NCBI GenBank assembly: GCA_030390025.1
Contig: JASTWF010000333.1
Span: 434,001-498,000, forward strand
DNA: 64,000 nucleotides
Reading direction: 5' to 3'
Origin: Squalus acanthias
Taxonomy: Eukaryota
Shown: positions 22,235 through 32,200 of the stretch, piece by piece
How the letters are laid out: each line of letters opens with the position of its first letter
Numbering within the stretch: the first letter of the stretch is position 1
Made by a program: the position numbers and the translations under genes
Notes under the pieces: generated by a model
Told to the model about the DNA's origin: nothing
Databases searched by the model: none
The model's input: the letters and a program-made list of their open reading frames with translations, nothing else

Positions 22235-25200
22235 GGTATGGCTCCCAGAGATGTGGCCGCCCGCTTTGAACGTCCAGTCCTCGGGGGAGGCAGAGATCAC
22301 GAGTGAAGGGCCGCCTGCTGGGCCGAGCAGGGCGGAGCCACGAACTGCAAGCCCCGAGGTTAGGGAGGCGGAGTCAGCGGAGGCGGAGCCAGCGACTGTG
22401 ATGGAACCCCAGGTCATCCCGATGGAAGTCTCGGAACCCGGTCCGTCCGTCACGGAAACCCCGCCCATAGCAACTCCCCGTAGGTCAAGTAGAGAACCCC
22501 AACCCAGGAGGATGTGGTCATGTCCCCAGACGGCCCCAAGGCGAAAATTTAAGGTTAAGATAACCCAGATACAGACCGGCCACATTGCAGCAATAACAGG
22601 CTGCGGCAGATCAGAGGGAAGGGTCAGTGCCCTCCCACCGTCGGGAAGAGCTCGCAGCAGCCTTCTCAGAATTTAAAGGGGCCGCCCTGAGAACGGGCGG
22701 CACTGTAAAGTTATTAGTTTTAAGTTTTAAGTTTTTAGTTCAAGGTTAAGTTTATAGGTTTTTAATAAGGTTAAGATTGTAGTGTTTTTAACAGAAAACG
22801 ATAAAATGATGGGAGCTTTAAAGATAGGTTTAGTTGAAGGTTATTCAGCGAACGTTGAAGTTTACGTGAGGCGAGGTCAGGGGACCCGCTCACCCTTCAC
22901 AAAAGCCAGAGACTCTTGCGAGGCTGGCTACCTCATTCTATCTGATCACAGGAACCAAGGAAGGATGGAACGAATTCTAGTATTGCTCGCGGCAATCGGA
23001 TGTGGATTGGCCTATCGAGGCCGCACCAAGGATGTCGTGGTGTTTGGATGTTCCGGGGACACGGCCCCCATCGCGGTGGATGGGACCGGAAGACGGGAGG
23101 CAGAGGAGACCAGCACCTATTTCCACAAGGGAAGGTGGCCAGGATGGCTGGGAACGAACTCAACGGAGTATTCTAGCACATCGGGGTTTGCCTACAAAGA
23201 GACTTCTTTACTGTGCCCCAAAGTAAGGATCATCGCACCCAGGATCAGCGTCACCGTCGGCAAACGGATTTGTTTGACTTGTAGTGGGAAGGTCCCATTA
23301 AGCCGATGGTGGTGGCTGCGAAAGCTGAGCAAAACTATGAGGAACTCTTCGGTCGAGTGGGAACGACTGGGTAATAATACCCATCGGACAATTACGGGGA
23401 CAAACGGACAAGTGAAAGTCTGTTGGGACAAATGGTGGGAACCGGATGAGGGAATTTATGTATGTATGTGGGGGTCAAAGTACGTTTGCCCCAAAGGCAT
23501 CTCCATATTTTTCATTAATCAATGGCAGGATAACGGACAGGGGATGAGGTGGGATGCGAGCACCAGGGGGTGCGGAGCCCCATTCTCCCCGATTCCAGTA
23601 AATGCCACTGAGCTCATTACGCGCCCACGCAAAGCCCCGCCCACGATTCCGGTGGTTCTAGCTGAGGAAGAAGGGTGCCCTAAAACTAGTAAGGGACCCG
23701 GGAATGGTTTGGTACTGGTCCCCACAGACCAGATACTATTTCAGGGGGTACATTACGCGGTGGCCTCGGTGATTTTAAATCTCACCGAGGTGCGGTTACC
23801 AGAGTGGTGCCCCAAAAAGACGGAACAGTTGTATCAGGTCCTGTTGACCAAGATGTTCAGACAATTTTACGAATTCGATTTCGCGGAAATCGATAAAACA
23901 AGTTTGTACACCGCACCACAGGAAGTTTTGAATCAAGCAGGGAGGCGAAGAAGGGGTTTGGTGAACGATGCGTTCACTGCTTTTAACACGGGTACATCTG
24001 TGGTCAACGCTCTAGACAGTGTGGAGCTGCAGACCCAGATTAATGGTTTAAAGACACAATTAAAAGACATTCTAACAGATGAGAATAAAGTGGTAGGGTC
24101 GGGTCTACACGAGGACCAAGCCATGACTCTCCATTTAAAGGAAATTATAGCAGAGTTGGAGAAACATGCAAAGACGGTAAATGCCCTGATTAGGGAAGAT
24201 CGGAATGCATCCGATCAAGCTGCGCAGAACGAGGTGTGCGTGCTCTACGGGGCGTGGTTACTGGGCGAGGGCCGCAGTAATTTGGAGGATTTAAAACAAG
24301 GTTTGGTTCCGTCCTGGATAAGTAACAAACACCTGCGGGCGCTCCACCCTTTTCAGAACGCATTAAGTCCGTGCCAGCTCAGGCTAGCTTCAGAAGCATA
24401 CCCAGTCCCCGTGGACTGCGGACGATCAAACCATACTATTATGGGAATAGTATTACGCATGCCGGTTTTGGGCGACACAGCAAAGCCCGCACCGGTGTAT
24501 CGAGTAGAGAACATTGGTGTCATTCAGGGGGGAGCCCACATTCGTTACGCAGCGGTTCCACCTTACGTCATCCGCTGGGAACAAACGATGACAGGTACAG
24601 ATCTCTCTGGTTGTCGTGGCAGGGGAGCACACATAATACTGTGCCCCCAGCACTTGAATGCCTTTTTAACACCACAGTGCGGGTTCAGAACGACTGGCGC
24701 CAAGTCCATGAATTGCACCATGGAGGCAATGGCACAAGATCATGTGCCTCCGCAGGTAGCATACATCGGGGGTGGAACATATTGTGTTACCACTGCAGCG
24801 CAACACTACCAGCATGGAAACCGTAGCCGGTGTCCGGTGAGTGACAGCAGTTTCTGTTTTAAACCCAGGGCGGAAGTTCAAGTAGCACAACAGCGAATCA
24901 TCCCAATCCCTGAACCATCCACTGTTCATCTCACAGTAAAAGAGAATTTCACCGACTTGCAGCGATTCGTCGCGCATTTTGGATACCTCATTCCCCCTCT
25001 CCCTGAACACCTCACCAAACTTTTAAAAGCCGTCGCGGTATCACAGAAACATTTTTACACATTAGAGCAGAAAACTGTCGAAATAGGAACAGACATTTTG
25101 GATATAGTAGTTCCACCGTGGTGGAATCTGTTCACTAATATTGAAGTGCCTTCATGGATCAGAATAGCCTCCCACATTTTAGTCGTATGCCAAGTTTTCA

Positions 25201-25769
25201 TTGTAGTGTACCTATTGGTCGTACATTGTAAAAGAGACAAGCGCCTCACCAAGCATGAAAACACGGGAGAGTGGCGAGAACGTTACGTGCGCGTGCACGA
25301 TGAAAGCACCGTGTGATCGGAAAAATGGCGTCACTCCCGCTCGCCACGTGCGCCGCGGAAGCCTGTACTCAATCGTGATTTTCAGAGAATTGTAAATACG
25401 TTGGGAACTCGACATGTTTTAAGAGTTGGTGTTGATTATTTTATGGTGATGGTGTTACAGTTAGAATTGATTGTTTGGTTTTGGGTTTTGTTTTTCCTTT
25501 CCCTGAATAAAAGATGAATATACAGGTGATACGAGAGGCATCGGCCTGGTTACGCCGGAAGGAAAACAAGTGGTGTAAGTTTAAGGGCAAATAATGCCTA
25601 CGGTGATATAAAATGTAATTTTCTTGGGAAATAAGGACGACACAGAGACCCTAATTAGGTTAAATTTATGGGATTAATTTGCTGGATTCGGAGAGAAATC
25701 GAGATAATATTGCTCACCACTATGATTTTTGATACGATAAGCGGAGTTATTCGCATCAACAGGAGGGAC
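22235..25769 (+). mobile_element. 5'-truncated upstream tandem copy of the ERV internal region (pol tail, env, 3' UTR)
   Basis: Near-identical to 33303-36842 (offset 11068-11073). It shares the LTR at 25770 with the full copy. Confidence 0.95.
22965..25316 (+). CDS. env: Envelope/fusion glycoprotein, copy 1 (783 aa from signal-peptide Met; frame open from 22782)
   Basis: Signal peptide MERILVLLAAIGCGLA, Ig-like motif, furin site RRRR (23943-23954) followed by hydrophobic GLVNDAFTAFNTG, a heptad repeat, a Cys-rich region and a C-terminal TM helix. Splice-acceptor-like TCTGATCACAG ends at 22951. Confidence 0.9.
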   Translation: MERILVLLAAIGCGLAYRGRTKDVVVFGCSGDTAPIAVDGTGRREAEETSTYFHKGRWPGWLGTNSTEYSSTSGFAYKETSLLCPKVRIIAPRISVTVGKRICLTCSGKVPLSRWWWLRKLSKTMRNSSVEWERLGNNTHRTITGTNGQVKVCWDKWWEPDEGIYVCMWGSKYVCPKGISIFFINQWQDNGQGMRWDASTRGCGAPFSPIPVNATELITRPRKAPPTIPVVLAEEEGCPKTSKGPGNGLVLVPTDQILFQGVHYAVASVILNLTEVRLPEWCPKKTEQLYQVLLTKMFRQFYEFDFAEIDKTSLYTAPQEVLNQAGRRRRGLVNDAFTAFNTGTSVVNALDSVELQTQINGLKTQLKDILTDENKVVGSGLHEDQAMTLHLKEIIAELEKHAKTVNALIREDRNASDQAAQNEVCVLYGAWLLGEGRSNLEDLKQGLVPSWISNKHLRALHPFQNALSPCQLRLASEAYPVPVDCGRSNHTIMGIVLRMPVLGDTAKPAPVYRVENIGVIQGGAHIRYAAVPPYVIRWEQTMTGTDLSGCRGRGAHIILCPQHLNAFLTPQCGFRTTGAKSMNCTMEAMAQDHVPPQVAYIGGGTYCVTTAAQHYQHGNRSRCPVSDSSFCFKPRAEVQVAQQRIIPIPEPSTVHLTVKENFTDLQRFVAHFGYLIPPLPEHLTKLLKAVAVSQKHFYTLEQKTVEIGTDILDIVVPPWWNLFTNIEVPSWIRIASHILVVCQVFIVVYLLVVHCKRDKRLTKHENTGEWRERYVRVHDESTV

Positions 25770-27432
25770 TGTAGAATTCGCAATATATCGCGATTTTATT
25801 AATAAGGAGAAAACACAGAGTTTCGTTGAAACAGCTTTTATTTCAGCAGAATGCTGACAGGTTTAAAGTGGACACAAGCAGCCTGTAAAATGGCCGCCGC
25901 ACCTCGTGACAGAACATTCTAGACTTTTCAACAGGCAGACAAGATGGCGTTCCAATAAACATTTGTGCAAGATCGATTAAGAGTCAGCACAGTGAAGATA
26001 ATACACGAGACATTATGGGTTTGCAGTATACACATAGATACTGAAATCGGTCTCCCAGGTACAAAGGAAAGCCATTGTACCGAGTAATCAAGGGCCCATC
26101 CAAAAGACATTAATATGTAAAATCCCAACGACTCTACGATGAGAGAGCCGTTAGCAGGTAGTTATACAGGACACTTGGAAGCCCCAAACCCCTCCAGGGA
26201 GAACACCGACCGATTTAACAATGGGAGAAATATTAACAGGTACTCAGACATTTACGAGTAGCCCCGAAACCCATTAAGAACGGAGATCACCCATACAAGA
26301 CATTTGAGCGCCAGACCTTAAACAAAAGAATGGACATTATAGTTGGGCGGGAAACGGAAGATTTTGCACTATAATTGCAGGCTCCAAACCGTCCATCTTT
26401 CTCTTGCTGCTCTTATCATCGTGGCTGCTCCTGTGCTCTTATCCGGTCGATTCGTAACCTCATGGCTGCTCCTGTGTACTCGTAGTTGGGCTTCTGCTTG
26501 CCTGTTGCCTCTTCTGAAAAGACTGTTGAACTTTCTGATCCGTTCGGATCTACCTCGTGTCGCGTAACGAAGACCTATATTGGTAACCGGTATCGGAACC
26601 AGAAGGCCCGAGAAGAGATGAGATGAGATGAGATGAGAAGAGAGGAAGACCATATCCATCGCCACGGTCAGTAAATCCCGACCGCGCCTGTAGGTCGATT
26701 AGCCAAGTTTTCCTCGCCAGGAAGACTTCTTCGAACTTATAACGAAACATATTGCATCGATGATAACTGGACTGTGTCCAAAGTAACTGGAATGTGAAAG
26801 CCACCAATACAGATCTTCATCACAGCAGACCTTCCAGCCTGCTAGCCGGAGCAGCAGAAGCAAGTAAACAAGTGGGACCAGGAGATCTCCTGACCGACAC
26901 GTGGGAGCTGCGGTGAAAAACATCCGATCAGCTATTCGGAATTTCTCCGAGTTATCACGAGTGGTGAGCATGAGTCTCGAAATCCTACGAATCTAGTTTA
27001 GGATAGATATTGATAGGGGAGGGTTTAAGGATTAAGGGTATTTGTAATGTGTGCCCCTATTTACTTTGTGCCGTTCGTTCCTCGTTTCCCTAAGATCGAC
27101 TATATAACTGTTTGTAAGATTGTACTGTCATTAATCTGTGCTTATGACATGTATTTCATAATCTTAAGTATCATGCAATAAAGATTTTCCATTTCGTACC
27201 ATTCAAACCGAGTCTACATGAGTTTCATCTCCATTACTGCTCTCGCATCTAAGTCCAGTGTCTAGAACCGTAAGGGAGAGTGATTCGAACCACTCACAGG
27301 TGTGTCTAGTGTTCCCAGACTGGCTGGAGACCAGAACAGGCAACAAGGCCTAGACCCGCACTGACATACAGGCTGCACAGAGCCGCGTGAATCTCACAGG
27401 CTGCGAGACACGCAGGGTCAGAATCCCTTACA
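25770..27432 (+). repeat. LTR 1 (shared between tandem copies), 1663 bp
   Basis: Begins TGTAG after AGGAGGGAC and ends TTACA before the PBS. It is a direct repeat of 36843-38505, with 3 substitutions seen. Confidence 0.95.
26345..26410 (+). promoter_or_regulatory. Candidate LTR core promoter
   Basis: GGGCGG GC box, CGGAAG ETS-like motif and TATAAT (26370-26375), followed by a pyrimidine-rich initiator-like tract. An alternative TATATAA lies at 27101-27107. Confidence 0.45.
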
Positions 27433-27436
27433 GAAA

Positions 27437-29247
27437 ATGGCGACCGCGGCAGGACACTGGCAGCGAGAGGGTAGTGTGTTAGATTTTGGAATGACTGTAC
27501 GAAATGTTATGCAGGAAAAGATAGCGGATTATGTGTTTGGAAAGGTTAATCTAACTAAGAAATGGATAAGTGAATTGTTAGCGGATAAAAGCCCGTTAGA
27601 GGCAGCCGAAAGGTGGACAGATAGTAAAGAACATAGAAAGACACTTGAGAAAGCAGTCTGGCTTATGTGTTACAAAAGGCAGGTTCAGATTTCAAACCAG
27701 ACCATTACAGCGCTAGTAGCTCGAATCAGTCATTTAGAGGGAGAAATGGAGGAGAAGGTTTCTGGAGGGGAGGTGCTCATTAAGAATTTAAATGAGTTAC
27801 ACCAAGAAAGCCAGGAAGTCTCCAGTCACCTTAAAACAAGGATAGATTATCTCGAGTGCCAGGTCACTGAGGCAAAATTGAATGAGAGCAGGTTAAAGGA
27901 AAGATGTAACTGCCAAGCTGCCCAGATAAGAACTCAAGAAGAGAGCTTAACGGGGGTTAGGGCGGCATATAAGTTGGCCCTTGAGGATAAGTTTCAGGGA
28001 GCCGATCATAGCGCCTGCCAAAGGGAGATAGAGCACCTCAAAAAGGCCGTGAACAATGCGAACGGCATGGTGTGCCTTATCAATCCGTCGGCACACCAGC
28101 CGCTAGTAAGCGAGAGATTTAAAAAATCCCCACCAAGTAAAGCAGAAGAAGTAGTAGCCACTGTGCCCTCCGCGCCACCCAGCTATTCGGAAACCTGGGT
28201 TAGGGAGGAAGCAATGGAAGAAACAAAAGAGCCCATTGAAAAAGAAGTAGGAAAGGGATCGTTGTATCCAGTTACGGGTATTAAAAGGGGCCCAAGCAGA
28301 AACGGTGGGGAAGAACCGGGGGATCTCCTCGGACAGCTGGTGTTGCCTCACAGTTCACATCAGCTGAGAGCTATGATAAATCACGTACGGAAGCTGACCG
28401 AGGCAGACGACCCTTCCGTACATTTCAGAGAAGTTGAGCAAGCCGCAGCCATTAACGGCTGCGATGATGGGGAGACAGCAAAAATGCTGCTGTTCTCATT
28501 AGACAGCTCGGTCCTTCAGTGTCTCTCAGGCGAGAGCAAGAGGGGAACCAAGAGTTATGAGGAATTAAAGAATGAGGTTCTGGAAGTGTTGGGGGCGAAC
28601 GACGAAGGTCCGTTTGCTAGAGTGGGACAGACAGTGCAGATGGAGGGAGAACCCCCGAAGGTTTTTGCCGACAGGCTGTGGCCAGTATATGAGCGCAGCT
28701 GCCGAGGTGCGCCCGAGCGCGAAGATGTGGAAGGCACCGCTTTAACTCATTGGCTTAGTGCATAATAGCCAACAGTTTACCAGCCGTCAGAGAGCAGGCA
28801 AAGGCATGGTTTGATCCCAATGACCCCAACATTACGGAAGAGTCGGTCTTGAATCGACTCACGTTAGGTTATCGCAATATAAGGGGTATGGCAACACGTC
28901 CCCTTAAGGGAAGAGTACATGAGGTACGACCCGCAGCCCCGTATCAAAGAGAGTGGCATCAGGAGGGTAATCGCGCCCCACAGGCAGGTAATGCTTGTTA
29001 CGGGTGTGGGAAGACAGGGCACTGGCGCAAGCATTGCAGGAACCCTTGGAAGGATTCCAAGGATAAAAATCCCGCGGTCCGAGCCCAGGCGCCTGTCCCG
29101 GCTAAGGAAGCTAGTGCACCCACCCCTCCCGACGACCTCGAAGCAGTGTTAGGAGCCATGCGCAAGCTGGTCTTGAATGCGCGTGGACAGGTGGCGGTCG
29201 CAACCGGCCCCGTAGGTGCCGCAGGACCGTCTAATAGTACCCCATGA
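27437..29247 (+). pseudogene. gag: gag (~603 aa if a single 1-nt deletion at ~28762 is repaired)
   Basis: A 442-aa ORF (coiled-coil, PSAPPSY, capsid-like helical region) continues in the -1 frame as IIANSLPAVREQ... to the zinc knuckle CYGCGKTGHWRKHC. Confidence 0.88.
27438..27455 (+). promoter_or_regulatory. Primer-binding site, tRNA-Arg(TCG)
   Basis: TGGCGACCGCGGCAGGAC is the reverse complement of GTCCTGCCGCGGTCGCCA, the vertebrate tRNA-Arg(TCG) 3' end as recalled. It starts 5 nt after the LTR-terminal CA. Confidence 0.85.
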
Positions 29248-32200
29248 CTAGAACCGGCGCAGCCCGTCTACCTGTGTCCGCTTAGCTATGATGCGTGGAG
29301 GCGACCTGTGGTGGAGATGGAGGTAGAGAAACAGAAGGGTAGTTATTTGTTGGACACGGGAGCTTCTTGCACCATAATCCATACAGATAACCCTTTTGAC
29401 TCGCCGCTATCTACCAAGGTCCCATTCACGTTAGCAGGGTTCACAGGAAAAGAACAGGCTGGCACGTTTTCCCTTCCGCTATCCATTCGTTTAGGAACAC
29501 TTCGCCTTAAGTGGAAGTGTATACTGATGGCATGGCAGAAGGGGGGTGGAAGAGGTATTCTCGGGTCTGATCTCCTAGCGGGACACGGGATCCTCGTGGA
29601 CCTCAGAAATCACTGTCTCTGGGGGGCTAAAGGTGAAAAAGGCGAGGTAATAGTGATTCCGGGGGAGGAAGAAACAGGGGTCCTGTGTACCGTACAGCCA
29701 TCCGGAGGCTACGACCTCAGGCTTATGGTCGCAGATGTCCCAACGGACATGCAAACGTACGTGTCAGATAATATGCACGCGTTTGCAACCCACAAGCACG
29801 ATTGTGGGAGAGTGGTCGGGTTTGAGGTCAGCGTAGATGGGGACCCCATGACCCGACCCCAAAAGCAGTATAACTTCCCCAAAGAAGCAGAACCCGATAT
29901 GGAGACAGCAATGTCTTCCTTGGTGCAGCAGGGCGTGTTGAGGCCGATAGCCACACACGTGAACTCCCCATTATGGCCGGTTAGGAAGCCGGATAATTCG
30001 TGGAGAGCCACGGTGGACTACAGAGTCCTTAACAGTAACATTCCCGCCTGCGCGCCCACAGTAGCAGCAGTTGCTGACCTAATAGGGAGCATCCCAGCGT
30101 CCGCGACCACGTTCACGGTGCTGGATATCTCGAACGGTTTTTGGTCCATCCCGCTGCGGCGAGAGGACCAGTACAAGTTTGCCTTTACTTTCAAAGGGCA
30201 ACAGTACACGTGGAACTGTCTGCCACAGGGTTTCCACAATAGCCCCAGTATTTTTCATCAGTGTATGGCAGGAAGTTTAAAGGAGTTTAGTCAGCCCAAT
30301 CAGATATTGCAGTACGTGGATGATTTGCTCCTATTTACGGATTCAAGGGAGGAGCATGGACCACTACTGGACGAGTTATTGGAGCTGTTAGCGAGAAAGG
30401 GTTTTAAAATAAACCCTAAGAAAGCACGTATCGGTCAGCGGGAAGTAAAATTCCTGGGACTGACCATACGCGCTGGAGAAAGAGCCATAGACAAAGCAAG
30501 GAGGGAGTCGGTGCAAGAATTACCGATTCCCAACAACGTAAGGGGTGTGAGGTCCTTCTTGGGACTGACCGGTTACTGCAGGGATTTTATCGAAGATTAT
30601 GCGGCCACAGCGGCGCCGCTCCTCCGACTCCTCCATAAGGGGGTGGAGTGGTTTTGGGACGAGGGCTGCCAAGCAGCCTTCGAGAAGTTAAAAAGGGATC
30701 TGCAGACCGCGCCAGCCTTAGGGGCCATAGATGGGGGGAAGGAGTTTTTCCTGGAGGTAGCTGCCAGCGGAGACAGCTTAAGCGCCGTGCTGCTCCAAGA
30801 GCGTCACGGCAAGCTGAGGCCGGTTGTCTATTCATCCAGGGTGTTAACGGATGTGGAGAGAAGTTTCTCCAATTGCGAAAGGCACCTTTTAGCCACGCAT
30901 TGGGCTGTGAAAAGATCAGCGATCTTCACAGGGCTCTCTCCCATCACTCTCCTCACACATCACACACCAACTAAGATGCTTCTGGATGGGAGGATTAAAG
31001 ACGGGACCGTAAGCAGCGCACGCATTGCGCGTTGGACCCTTCTCCTCTCCCAGTTGGATCTCAGAGTAAAAGGTCTTTGCGAGCCAAGGCTTGCGGCCAA
31101 TTTGGTATACCCCGGTACAGCCCACCGGTGTTCGGTGGAAGGGGTATGGGACGTCAACATAGGTTTACGGGCCGGAATACATCCCACTGGGCGCGAGATT
31201 TATGTTGATGGGTCTAGCACAGTATCCGCTGGCGAGCGACTCACAGGGTGTGGAGTTTATGACCCTGCGGCAGACCTTGCCCTGGCGATCAAGCTCCCTA
31301 GCACCATGAGCGCGCAGCAAGCTGAGCTGTCTGCCGTGGTGTACGTTGTGACCCACCCAGACATTTTCCCAACCCCATACACGATTTGCTCGGACAGTAT
31401 GTTCACCTGCAATTCGTGTACGGAATACCTGGCCATTTGGTCCCGCCGTGGATACACCTCCGCGGACGGGCGACCTTTAACGGTGAAGCCCTTGCTGGAA
31501 AAGATCTTAGCAGCAGCAGTAGGGGAGGAAGGAGAGATTTTCATCCATAAGGTGAAAGCTCACTCCTCCACAGAGCCCCGTGGGGAGGGCAACCGGCAGG
31601 CGGATGCGCTAGCCAGGGAAGGTGCCCGCGACGGCACTTTCTGGAACCCTTATAGGACCGGACCCATAGCAGCGGTCCGAGGCGGGGACGGGAATCCCGG
31701 GAACACCAGGGTAGCATTGCCCCTAGACCTTAAGACCGTCCAAACCCAGGATCCCGCCCTAAAAGCAGTCCTAAAAACGATTGCTGAGGGGAGGCAGGTA
31801 GAAGGTCCGTACAGTACGGCAACCCTCTCAGTTAAGGAAGGCATGCTGTTCCGCGAGGAGCAGTGGGTTGTGCCGCAGCAGCACAGGAGGGAATTCCTCC
31901 AGTTGGCTCACGAGGGACCAGGGGCAGGGCACCCCGGGCCCGAGGTTACCTGGCAACGGGTAGAGCAAGCGGGATGGTGGCCAGGGCTCAGGGAACAAGT
32001 CCGCGAGTTCTGCGCAAACTGTCTTGTGTGCGCTGCAAACAACCCAGACCCCCAGAAAAGGAAGGTGCCCATGGGACACGTAAGAAGGGTAGAGGGACCA
32101 TGGCAGTCGATACAGATCGACTATATAGGACCCCTGCCCACCACCCAGGGAGGTTATAAGTACTGCCTCGTCCTGGTGGATGTGTTTTCCAAGTGGGTGG

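Noticed and set aside
22191..22676. 161-aa ORF upstream of env copy 1 as a separate gene
   Set aside because: It is the truncated Pol tail fused by chance to a TTG in the Penelope fragment.
26343..26971. Short ORFs inside the LTR (74-98 aa, both strands) as accessory genes
   Set aside because: Mostly non-ATG starts, one crosses the GAGAT microsatellite, and none has a recognisable motif. Identity between LTRs only reflects recent duplication.
27278..27295. Pol III B-box / tRNA T-arm (GGTTCGAATC on the minus strand) in the LTR
   Set aside because: No convincing A-box or cloverleaf, and the T-stem pairing fails. It is kept only as a plus-strand hairpin.
28740..28770. Programmed -1 ribosomal frameshift within gag
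   Set aside because: The -1 frame has a TAG at 28756-28758 and there is no slippery heptamer in the tiny overlap. A point deletion is simpler.
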